IMG/VR virus record: IMGVR_UViG_3300016472_000192
Location: 1-27,245 of that record
Direction: 5' to 3' (one strand)
DNA from: a virus
Lineage: Duplodnaviria; Caudoviricetes
Length of the DNA: 27,245 nucleotides
Both the position numbers and the translations under genes were made by a program. Shown here in pieces: positions 17,924-25,935 of the stretch. The notes under the pieces are model-generated. The model worked only from the letters and a program-made list of their open reading frames with translations, did not search any database and was not told where the DNA came from. Position 1 is the stretch's first letter. Each line of letters starts with the position of its first letter.

Positions 17924-18958
17924 ATGGATAATTTAGATGATGAATTATTGAACCAGCTTAGTAAAAAAGAAGCTGCTTCTAGGTTTGAATATGACAAAGA
18001 TCCGGATGTTTCTGGGTATCAAATTCCAGATTGGATACAAAATGGAACATCCACAAATCCAGTTGATAATCAACAGGTTATACCCAACAACACCTTAGGT
18101 AGGGTCAATACTACAAGAACTCCATTAGGAATGGAAAATGAATGGAAAAATATTCCAGTGGACACTTTGCCATCCAAAGGTTTTGGATATCCCGATGGTT
18201 TTGAAATAGCAATAAAATCTGCGAGTGTTAAAGAGATAAGACATTTTTCTACTGTGGACGATAATGATAGATTAGATCTTGATGATAAATTAAATACTAT
18301 TCTATCTAAGTGCATGAAAATAAGATGGAATGGCGGATTTTTAGAGTCATACGATCTTTGGTATGAGGATAGATTCTTTGTTATAATGTCTATTAGAGAT
18401 ATGACATTTATCAGAGGAGAGAACAAAATATTACTTCCTGCAGAGAAAAATTGTACTAAGGAAGATTGTAATGTCCCAGACATGATAGAACTAAGATCTA
18501 ATCTACTAGATAGTTTTGTAGTAGACGAAGAAATACTTAGAAGATACAACAGGGAGACATATTCGTTCAAATTTGTGCCAAGAGACGGTAGTCCAGAGAT
18601 AGATCTTTATATACCAACTGTTGGGGTTACTACTATTTGTAGAAAAATATTATCAGAAAAAAGGAGAAAGGGTAAAAAATTTGATGAGAGTTTTGCTAAG
18701 GTAGCTTCTTTTATAATTCCAGACTGGAGAGGATTAGACGAAAGAATTTATGATCAATATGAAAGAGTTTCCTCTGATTGGACCCCCCTTCAGTTTTCTA
18801 TTGCAGATCAAATAACTGAGAGGATTAACTTTGCAACAAAATCTAGAATCTATAGTAAATGTGAAAGCTGTGAGGGGGAGGTCACAGCTGAAATTTCCTT
18901 TCCCGGAGGGTACAGATCTCTTTTCGTTATTTCAGATATCTTTAACCAACTACTTTGA
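17924..18958 (+). CDS. Baseplate hub assembly / tail chaperone, T4 gp26-like
   Basis: LPSKG, SVKE, L...DRFFVIMSIR....GE, C-x4-C, PTVG, and C-terminal CESC...GG..SLF pattern of gp26-like proteins. Confidence 0.75.
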   Translation: MDNLDDELLNQLSKKEAASRFEYDKDPDVSGYQIPDWIQNGTSTNPVDNQQVIPNNTLGRVNTTRTPLGMENEWKNIPVDTLPSKGFGYPDGFEIAIKSASVKEIRHFSTVDDNDRLDLDDKLNTILSKCMKIRWNGGFLESYDLWYEDRFFVIMSIRDMTFIRGENKILLPAEKNCTKEDCNVPDMIELRSNLLDSFVVDEEILRRYNRETYSFKFVPRDGSPEIDLYIPTVGVTTICRKILSEKRRKGKKFDESFAKVASFIIPDWRGLDERIYDQYERVSSDWTPLQFSIADQITERINFATKSRIYSKCESCEGEVTAEISFPGGYRSLFVISDIFNQLL

Positions 18959-19136
18959 TATTAAATTTAGACTTTGGGATGAATTTAAATTGTCTATAGA
19001 TTATTTAGAAGAATTGCCTTTCTATGAGTATCAATTGTTTATAGATAAATTAAACGAAAAAATAGAAAGAGAAAATAAAAAAGTAGAACAAAACGGCCTA
19101 GTAGAAACATTCTCATTTTCAAACCCAAAAAGATAA
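18924..19136 (+). CDS. gp51-like tail/baseplate assembly module, no ATG; probably the C-terminus of a frameshift product of the upstream gene
   Basis: SLTNYF...L....KLS...LEELPFYEYQLFIDKL resembles the small gp51-like ORF that follows gp26 in T4-like phages; frame is +1 (= -2) relative to 17924-18958; only TTG starts (18831, 18990). Start given is the first new-frame codon after the proposed slip. Confidence 0.6.
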   Translation, partial: SLFQISLTNYFDIKFRLWDEFKLSIDYLEELPFYEYQLFIDKLNEKIERENKKVEQNGLVETFSFSNPKR

Positions 19137-19150
19137 CTTCTTGGGTTTTT
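19121..19150 (+). terminator. Probable intrinsic terminator
   Basis: AAACCCAAAAAG-ATAA-CTTCTTGGGTTT stem (one mismatch) ending in a T run, overlapping the stop at 19136. Confidence 0.55.
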
Positions 19151-19155
19151 AGGTA

Positions 19156-19163
19156 TATAAATA
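19156..19163 (+). promoter_or_regulatory. T4-type late promoter TATAAATA (within GGTATATAAATA)
   Basis: Exact T4 late consensus 12 nt upstream of the TTG start at 19176. Confidence 0.55.
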
Positions 19164-19175
19164 ATAAAAAATATT

Positions 19176-20921
19176 TTGGCAGGGGAAACAGGAACACAAG
19201 GAGCAACTGAATCGGAATTTCCAGTTTTTAGTACTGGAGTAGGTGCTTTTGATAGAGCTAAGTATAACAAGCAGGAAAATGAGTCTGTTATAACCGATGG
19301 GTTTACTGTAAGGTCTTCAGGTAAAGAAATAGATCAGGATCTAGTAGATAAGAAATATGCTGCAGATAGGGTTATAGATAATGCCATAAAGTTCTATGAT
19401 AAATCTTACAAGGATAATTTAAAAGAATTAGGAGAGGGAATAGACACCAAATCTATATATTTTATAGAAGCATATTCAAGTTCGAATGAAGATACGAATA
19501 AAATACGAAGAAAAATAGATAAGGGAGAAACAGTAGACGGGAAGGATATTTTTCAAATGTCTAAGCAAGCTGCAGAAAATAAAATAAGCAATGCTAAGCT
19601 TCTTAAAGATGGTAGGGTTACTGATATAGTAAAGCATTTAGGGTTAAGGGAGATAAGACAATTTGATTTATACGAGGATGTAAAAAGCGATTTTAATAGC
19701 AAAATAAAGGACGAAAAAATTAAATTTGATTCTCTTCTTGATAATTTTGCTGAGGTACTAGACTATTTTATGGTTAAGGATCCAATTATGGCCAGTCAAT
19801 ATTATCCTATTTTATATACACCAGAAAATATGGCTATAATTTCTGCTTTAGGAAAAGTTCTAGAAGGTGAAGGATTTACCAATGAGAGTGTTACTAAAAC
19901 GGCAAAAGCATATGATGATAACATAAAAAAGCTAATAGAAAAAAAAGAGGGAAATAAAGCGGAGGATGTAATAAAAGAAGCTGCTCAAGAAGCTAAAAAA
20001 GAAGAGTCCACAGTTAAAGCAGAAGAGCAAAAGCTAGAGGAAAAAAAATCAGAAGAACCCAAGGGAGAAGGGGCCACTGGCCCAACTGGACCTACTTCAA
20101 TTGAAGGAATCAAAGAACCCGCTAAAACAGAAACTGGAACTACTGGACCAGCTACATCAACCGAAAAAACAGAAATATCAGTTAGCTTTACTGGAGCTAC
20201 TGGTCCCACTGGACCAGCACCGATAGATCAATCAAGGGCTAATGTCACAGGCACTACTGGAACAACCCCCGGGGGATCTGAATTAGAAAAAAGACAAAAC
20301 GAGCTTCTAAATAGTTTAGGTTTGAAAGCGGGTACATCAACGACAGGAGGAACTGGAGGGACCGGAGGAACTGGGGGAACCAATAAAAATTCCGAAGTAG
20401 AAAAAAGACAGAACGAGCTTTTAAATATGCTTGGAATAACAAAGACTAGCTCAGAAACTGGAGGGACTGGAGGGACTGGAGGGGCTAATACTAAAAAACC
20501 AGAGAAAGAAAATAAAGAAACAAAGTTAGAAGAAAAGGTTAAAACAGATAATACAAAAAAAGATGAAACTATTTTAGGAAATGCTCCTATAAAAGAAACA
20601 ACAACGCAAAATCTTTCTAGTATAGTTACACCAGAGCCTCAAAAAAATCAGGACAACAAAAATGGAAATTTAAACAATCCTCCAAAGGAGCCAGAAAATA
20701 CATCGACAAATATTATAGGAGAAAAAAACACAGAAAATCCCCCAGTAAACACGGGAGATGAAAATAAAAAAGAGGAAGAAAGAAAAAGTAACGAGGAGAC
20801 TGATAAGAGGAATAAGGAGATGTCTGATGATATGAAAATGATGGTTAATTTATTAACACAGTTAAATAACACATTACAAAACCCATTAATTGTTATCCCT
20901 AACAACAAAAAATTTGAATAG
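19176..20921 (+). CDS. Putative tape-measure / baseplate hub protein (T4 gp29-like position), with Gly/Thr-rich repeats
   Basis: 581 aa, helical N-half, low-complexity C-half, terminal amphipathic helix; follows the gp26/gp51-like genes. Function inferred from synteny only; TTG start. Confidence 0.45.
   Translation: MAGETGTQGATESEFPVFSTGVGAFDRAKYNKQENESVITDGFTVRSSGKEIDQDLVDKKYAADRVIDNAIKFYDKSYKDNLKELGEGIDTKSIYFIEAYSSSNEDTNKIRRKIDKGETVDGKDIFQMSKQAAENKISNAKLLKDGRVTDIVKHLGLREIRQFDLYEDVKSDFNSKIKDEKIKFDSLLDNFAEVLDYFMVKDPIMASQYYPILYTPENMAIISALGKVLEGEGFTNESVTKTAKAYDDNIKKLIEKKEGNKAEDVIKEAAQEAKKEESTVKAEEQKLEEKKSEEPKGEGATGPTGPTSIEGIKEPAKTETGTTGPATSTEKTEISVSFTGATGPTGPAPIDQSRANVTGTTGTTPGGSELEKRQNELLNSLGLKAGTSTTGGTGGTGGTGGTNKNSEVEKRQNELLNMLGITKTSSETGGTGGTGGANTKKPEKENKETKLEEKVKTDNTKKDETILGNAPIKETTTQNLSSIVTPEPQKNQDNKNGNLNNPPKEPENTSTNIIGEKNTENPPVNTGDENKKEEERKSNEETDKRNKEMSDDMKMMVNLLTQLNNTLQNPLIVIPNNKKFE
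20285..20483 (+). repeat. 114-bp imperfect tandem duplication with nested 9-bp (TGG)n repeats
   Basis: AGAAAAAAGACARAACGAGCTTYTAAATA at 20285 and 20399; ACNGGRGGR x4 from 20343 and exact ACTGGAGGG x3 at 20457-20483. Confidence 0.9.
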
Positions 20922-20925
20922 GGGG

Positions 20926-20956
20926 TTTACTTTTTCCGTGGGAATTAATATATTTG
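20926..20956 (+). promoter_or_regulatory. Bacteroidota-type housekeeping-sigma promoter (TTTA-N19-TATATTTG)
   Basis: Exact TAnnTTTG -7 element at 20949-20956 and a near-consensus TTTG -33 element (TTTA) 19 nt upstream; heads a non-structural operon. Confidence 0.55.
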
Positions 20957-20982
20957 TAAAAAACAAATCTAAATAATAAATT

Positions 20983-21258
20983 ATGAACAAAAACTATGAA
21001 ATCACAAAGGAGCTCAGGGGTACAATCCAAGAGTTTCTTAATGCCTATGGGGGCTACAAAGAATGTTTGGAAATTTTGGAAAATGAGGAAAAATTAGAAT
21101 TTACGGAGGAAGAAATTAATAAGGTATTAAATCTATTGGGGGTTTTCAGATTGATGGACACGTTCCACATCGTAGAAAGATTCAAAATTGAAGTTACACA
21201 ATTAAAAACCCCAGAAACTGATGCTCAATCAGATCCAACAGAAGAGCAAGCAGGATAA
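20983..21258 (+). CDS. Hypothetical protein (91 aa)
   Basis: ATG in A-rich leader after the promoter; acidic helical protein. Confidence 0.75.
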   Translation: MNKNYEITKELRGTIQEFLNAYGGYKECLEILENEEKLEFTEEEINKVLNLLGVFRLMDTFHIVERFKIEVTQLKTPETDAQSDPTEEQAG

Positions 21259-21658
21259 GATCGACCATTTGTATTTGAGAATGGCCAAAGTTTGGTCCGA
21301 AAATTCACATTGCAAAAGAAATCAGGTAGGATGCTTAATAGTTAAAGACCGTCAGATAATATCGGATGGTTATAATGGAACTCCTTCCGGATTTTCTAAC
21401 GAATGCGAAGACTGTGATAATAAAACTTTACCTACAGTATTACATGCTGAAGCCAATGCCATTAGTAAAATAGCAAAAAGTACAAATAGTTCCGATGGAG
21501 CTACTTTGTATGTAACTTTGTCTCCGTGCTTCGATTGCGCTAAACTTATAATTCAGGCAGGAATTAAAAGAATAGTCTACTCTGAAGTTTATAGAAATAC
21601 AGATTCTTTTAAACTTTTTGCTGAAGCTGGAATAGAAATAAAAAGGATAGAAATTTAA
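21221..21658 (+). CDS. dCMP deaminase
   Basis: SHC.R.QVGCLIV, GYNG.P, HAEANAI and SPCFDCAKLIIQAGI zinc-deaminase motifs. Confidence 0.95.
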   Translation: MLNQIQQKSKQDKIDHLYLRMAKVWSENSHCKRNQVGCLIVKDRQIISDGYNGTPSGFSNECEDCDNKTLPTVLHAEANAISKIAKSTNSSDGATLYVTLSPCFDCAKLIIQAGIKRIVYSEVYRNTDSFKLFAEAGIEIKRIEI

Positions 21659-21676
21659 AAAAAAATTAGCAAGGAA

Positions 21677-22294
21677 ATGGCAGTAAAGAATATACAGGAA
21701 TTGGCAGAGAGTTTTATGAGGACTTCATCAGAGAAAGACTTCGTTGAATTATATAAAAGAATTAAACCCGGACTTTTAAATCATTGTAAATCGATATTAG
21801 TTGAACAGGAAGCGGCGGAAGATGCAGTATCGAATACCATGGCAAAGATATGGACAAAGATATCCCAATACGACCCAAATAGAGGAAATTTTTCCACGTG
21901 GGTTTACAACATAGCAAGAAATGAATCTCTCGTAATAAAAAAGAGTGAGGATCGGTATATGCCTATCATTCAAGAGGTGGTTAAGAATGATGATAAGAAT
22001 GACGATTACATTTCTCCTATGTCTAGTTCAATATCTATGGATTTAAATTTTGAATATATTCCTCTTGAGAAGGACGAAATGGAAGATCTTTATGATAATG
22101 TAGTAGAAAAAATGGGGGATCTTCCAGAAATTTATAAAGACATACTTTTTGATCGTGAGATATTAAGAATGAAATATCAGGAAATAGCGGACAAGTATGG
22201 TATGAAAAAAAGAGCAATTGCTACTAGAATTAGAAGAGCAAGATTAAAAGTTAGAGAGATGTTTCCTGGCGTTAATTTAACTTTTAATGATTGA
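21677..22294 (+). CDS. Sigma-70 family, ECF-like RNA polymerase sigma factor
   Basis: Region 2: AEDAVS..MAKIW....YDPNRGNFSTWVYNIARN; region 4: LPEIYKDIL...MKYQEIADKYGM....IATRIRRAR. Confidence 0.9.
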   Translation: MAVKNIQELAESFMRTSSEKDFVELYKRIKPGLLNHCKSILVEQEAAEDAVSNTMAKIWTKISQYDPNRGNFSTWVYNIARNESLVIKKSEDRYMPIIQEVVKNDDKNDDYISPMSSSISMDLNFEYIPLEKDEMEDLYDNVVEKMGDLPEIYKDILFDREILRMKYQEIADKYGMKKRAIATRIRRARLKVREMFPGVNLTFND

Positions 22295-22328
22295 TTGTAA
22301 CTTTTACTAATAGATAAATATAATTAAT

Positions 22329-22790
22329 ATGAATTATCCGTTTAAAAGAGTAATAATCGATATTAAAAACTATTTCTTTATAAGAAAAACTATAAAGAAA
22401 AATATGGGTACTATCGAGTGGGAAAAATTTAAACTTAGAGTAGATTGGATAGGAAGAATATACACAGTGGTTAATCTTCCGCCAGAGGTTATTTACTCTC
22501 CAGATTCACCGGAAGAGATTAGGCCGGCATATATTTTAGAAGAATCTAGGCCTCTTAATGAGTACCTAACTTCTTTGAATCTACAGGAGGTAATAATGCC
22601 TAAAATATCCCCAATCCCTAACTCTGTTTCTTATTTAATTGTTTACAGTCCTTATTTTCAGAGATTGTCTATAAGGTGGATAATATACAGAATTATACTT
22701 ATCCTTATCTTAATCTGGCTCCAATATAAATTTGGATTTGTAAGTTGGCTCTTGGGAGGATTTAAATATCTATGGAATGTCATCTTCTGA
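22329..22790 (+). CDS. Hypothetical protein with C-terminal membrane anchor
   Basis: Hydrophobic IIYRIILILILIWL segment; GATAAATA promoter-like motif at 22313-22320. Confidence 0.7.
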   Translation: MNYPFKRVIIDIKNYFFIRKTIKKNMGTIEWEKFKLRVDWIGRIYTVVNLPPEVIYSPDSPEEIRPAYILEESRPLNEYLTSLNLQEVIMPKISPIPNSVSYLIVYSPYFQRLSIRWIIYRIILILILIWLQYKFGFVSWLLGGFKYLWNVIF

Positions 22791-23532
22791 TATACAAATA
22801 AATCGTCAAGCTTTCCCTTGGGGTAGAGCTTATGTGGTAGAAGGAGCTGGCGAAGCTCCTTTAATTTTACCCTCAGTAACTACTATACTAAAATTAGTAA
22901 AGAATAAGAAGTATGAAAAATTAAAGGAACAATTTGGCGAGGATAAATGGAACAAAATATTATACGATGCTGCAGAGAGAGGAACTGTAATGCACAGGAT
23001 GCTAGAACTTTTTTTACTCGAATGGGCAAAAGAAAAAGACGTAGACCGATCGTTGAAAAAAGCACAAATATATGCTATAGAAGAATCTAGAAGAGATGAA
23101 GGAGCATATGCAAAATATGTAAATAAAGGGAGGGATCTTTTTTGGAATTTCTATCACGATAAATTCTGGGAAAATATATCAGAGGTTGTAGATAATGAAG
23201 CTTTCTTATACACTACATTTAAGGGGGGATGGGCTGGAGCATGTGACTTTGTTTATAGAGATACTGCGTATAATTTAATTGTCGATGACTTTAAATCATC
23301 AACTTCCCCTAAAGAAGAGGAAGATATACTTTCATATAAATTACAGATATCTGCTTACATGTTTATGTGTGCAGAGAAATATAATGAAGTTCCTAAAGTA
23401 GGGAGAATAAGAATAGCAAACGAGGAAACTTCAACAATACAAACCTTTGAAGTACATGACTACGAGCTAAAGCATTATCTGGGTCAATTTATCGATTTAG
23501 CTAATGAGTTTAGAAAAATACACGAAATATAG
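22777..23532 (+). CDS. PD-(D/E)xK exonuclease (RecB/Cas4/lambda-exo-like phage family)
   Basis: PSVTTIL, RGT.MH..LE, AGACD, DFKSS and LQISAY motifs. Confidence 0.85.
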   Translation: MSSSDIQINRQAFPWGRAYVVEGAGEAPLILPSVTTILKLVKNKKYEKLKEQFGEDKWNKILYDAAERGTVMHRMLELFLLEWAKEKDVDRSLKKAQIYAIEESRRDEGAYAKYVNKGRDLFWNFYHDKFWENISEVVDNEAFLYTTFKGGWAGACDFVYRDTAYNLIVDDFKSSTSPKEEEDILSYKLQISAYMFMCAEKYNEVPKVGRIRIANEETSTIQTFEVHDYELKHYLGQFIDLANEFRKIHEI

Positions 23533-23574
23533 GAAACTTATTCAATAACCGGCAATATAAAAAATAAAAACAAA

Positions 23575-24072
23575 ATGGCAAAAGAACAATTAGATCAGGT
23601 AATGGAGGAACAAAACGAGGCTAAGCTCGAGAAATTCATTACTAATGTTGACCAGGAGAAAGTTGAATCTATAAGAAAAGACCTAGAAGGATATAAGAGC
23701 AGCCTTAAAGACAAAGAGTATGCTGTTACCATGAACAAGGATCTTTTAAAAAAATTCGAAACCTACATGAGAGAAGAGGTAGAATGGAGATCCAAAGAAG
23801 CTTTAGGTATTATTGAAATTCTTAAAAGGATCGAAGAGGTTAAGAAAGAAGGGATTAAAGATGGGGTAGCTTATTTTACCAATTTAGAGGTAGAAGCTTC
23901 TCACTATTTTATTCTTAAGTGGAGCGGTAAAGGTCGAGACGGAATCGATGACTTCATTTCTTTATGGAAAACTTTCGAAGAAACTTTAGCTCTTATCCAC
24001 CAAGATAATATGGTAGTTAAGGATCTCGAAAAACAATTAGCTGCTGCAGAGCAAGGAATTGAACTAGAATAA
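23575..24072 (+). CDS. Hypothetical helical/coiled-coil protein (165 aa)
   Basis: Clean ORF with A-rich leader, followed by a terminator. Confidence 0.75.
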   Translation: MAKEQLDQVMEEQNEAKLEKFITNVDQEKVESIRKDLEGYKSSLKDKEYAVTMNKDLLKKFETYMREEVEWRSKEALGIIEILKRIEEVKKEGIKDGVAYFTNLEVEASHYFILKWSGKGRDGIDDFISLWKTFEETLALIHQDNMVVKDLEKQLAAAEQGIELE

Positions 24073-24096
24073 GAATAAACATAAATAACTATAATG

Positions 24097-24124
24097 AACT
24101 GGAGCTTTATTCTCCAGTTTTTTT
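24097..24124 (+). terminator. Intrinsic terminator
   Basis: AACTGGAG-CTTTATT-CTCCAGTT stem-loop followed by TTTTT. Confidence 0.8.
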
Positions 24125-24127
24125 GTG

Positions 24128-24135
24128 GATATATA
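24128..24135 (+). promoter_or_regulatory. Putative late promoter GATATATA
   Basis: Recurrent octamer right after a terminator and 7 nt before ATG 24143. Confidence 0.6.
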
Positions 24136-24142
24136 CTTAAGT

Positions 24143-25354
24143 ATGAAAAATAAAGTTCTACCCTGGGTGATAGCCCTTTCCGCTCTATCCGTATCTGGAT
24201 CTGCAGCTTTCTATTCAGTTTCTGGACTGGGAAAAATGTTTGCTGGTGCTTCTTTACAAGTTATGGTATTAGCAGGAAGTTTAGAATTTGCTAAACTAGT
24301 TACTGCATCTCTTCTGTATCAATATTGGAAAAAACTTAATATAGGATTAAAGATATACCTTTCTATAGCAACCCTAATTTTAATTCTAATAACTTCTGCA
24401 GGGATATATGGATTTTTATCTTCTGCTTATCAAGAAACATCGTTTAAAGTACAGAATCAGGACAAGAATATAGAGATATTAGATAAAAACATATCAATAA
24501 TAAAAACCGAGATCACTAACTTTGAATCACAAATAAAACAGAAAAATGATAGATTAGGACAATTAACAGCAATAAGAACAAATCTACAATCAACACAAGA
24601 CGTTCTTATAGAGAAGGCCAAATCTACAAATGCTGTTAGACAACAAATAAAAGATGTTGATTCGGAGATAAAAAGAATGGACTCAGAAATATCTGTTCTA
24701 AATGATTCAATATCATCAAAAAATACTAGGATATCCTCTATAGAGATGCAAAAACTAGGTGTATCATCGAATGCAGATTTGGCTAAAGAAGTAGGTCCTT
24801 TAAAATATATTGCTAAACTTACTGGAAGTACCATAGACAGTGTTGTCAACTGGTATATAATAGTTCTAATGCTAGTTTTTGATCCACTTGCAATAGCTCT
24901 AGTAATTGCTTCAAATTTTGCATTTGAGATGTCTAAAAATAATAACGAAGAAAAGAAAACAAAAGAAAAAAAAATAAAAGATAAAAATATAAAATGGCTT
25001 AAATTTTTTAAAAGAAAAGAGAAAGTAAAAGAAGTACAAGACGAAGTAGTAGTTAATCCTCCTATGGATCCAGTGATAGATCCAGAGAACGTGGAAGAAG
25101 AAATTATTAAGGCCGATGTTATCGAAGAAGCTAATCCCGAACGAATAGAGGAAAAAACTTCAAATATTACAGAAACTACAGAACATAAATTGGAGGATAA
25201 TGAAAAAGAATTAGATAAATATGATGACCCGATTTTTTTAGAAAATCAAAGGATACTTAGGGAAAGATTCAGAAAAAACCCAGGAGGTCCTAACTCTAGA
25301 GATACTTTTAGAAATAATTCTAATGGAGATGTAAATCCATTAAATTTAAGATGA
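24143..25354 (+). CDS. Membrane protein: 3 N-terminal TM helices, long coiled coil, one further TM helix, charged tail
   Basis: Start moved from GTG 24125 to ATG 24143 (MKNKVLPW) because the GTG overlaps the promoter region; motifs YSVSGL, LEFAKLV, TSAGIYGFLS, EVGPLKY, VFDPLAI. Confidence 0.8.
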   Translation: MKNKVLPWVIALSALSVSGSAAFYSVSGLGKMFAGASLQVMVLAGSLEFAKLVTASLLYQYWKKLNIGLKIYLSIATLILILITSAGIYGFLSSAYQETSFKVQNQDKNIEILDKNISIIKTEITNFESQIKQKNDRLGQLTAIRTNLQSTQDVLIEKAKSTNAVRQQIKDVDSEIKRMDSEISVLNDSISSKNTRISSIEMQKLGVSSNADLAKEVGPLKYIAKLTGSTIDSVVNWYIIVLMLVFDPLAIALVIASNFAFEMSKNNNEEKKTKEKKIKDKNIKWLKFFKRKEKVKEVQDEVVVNPPMDPVIDPENVEEEIIKADVIEEANPERIEEKTSNITETTEHKLEDNEKELDKYDDPIFLENQRILRERFRKNPGGPNSRDTFRNNSNGDVNPLNLR

Positions 25355-25935
25355 TTAAACCCATATATACAACAAATCAGCAATATGTAAAGTACTTAGA
25401 CTGTAATCCCGCAGTTTATAGAAGGGCTTATTTTCAGTCTTGTAATTTAGATATAAAAGAAGGATCCCGTATCTTATCGAGTATATCTTTATGTGATTTT
25501 AAATTGGAATCTTTAGGAAGCTCTGAGATGGGAGGATGCGGAGGATCTCTTAAAAGAAGTATAACATTATCGCCTTCTGGTACATATACCCTTACCGCTC
25601 CTGAGGTCGGACAAGCACAGGGGGAGGTTCAGATGATAGTAGTTAAGGTTGTTTATGAAAAAGATTATCCAGAGGAAGAAAGATATCTTAATTGGGAATA
25701 CAAAGGAAATGTTTACCCAATACACACATTAATGATATTAACTGGAAGGACAGAACCGGATATACCTTGGCAAGGATGGGATCTTAACTATTATTCAAAT
25801 AATCCACCAAGTCCTGAATTTAGTCCTCAGCCATATCCAGTAATCACATCCCCCAATTTATCATTTGGAGGTATATTGTTCAGCAATCCTAATGATACAT
25901 ATAGTGCTGAACTAGAAATATTTGTTTTTAACTAA
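25351..25935 (+). CDS. Hypothetical beta-rich protein, paralog 1
   Basis: ATGA overlap with the upstream gene; shares FQ.CNL, ISLCD, ILTG, GWDL and GG.L..NP with the next ORF. Confidence 0.8.
   Translation: MIKPIYTTNQQYVKYLDCNPAVYRRAYFQSCNLDIKEGSRILSSISLCDFKLESLGSSEMGGCGGSLKRSITLSPSGTYTLTAPEVGQAQGEVQMIVVKVVYEKDYPEEERYLNWEYKGNVYPIHTLMILTGRTEPDIPWQGWDLNYYSNNPPSPEFSPQPYPVITSPNLSFGGILFSNPNDTYSAELEIFVFN

Noticed and set aside
20285-20483. Direct repeats as a mini-CRISPR array, with the 251-aa nuclease as Cas4
   Set aside because: Only two copies, in frame within a CDS, and the intervening sequences are themselves similar. The nuclease lacks the Cas4 four-Cys cluster pattern.
24125-24142. GTG start of the 409-aa ORF
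   Set aside because: Lies between the terminator T-run and the GATATATA motif; ATG 24143 is more plausible.
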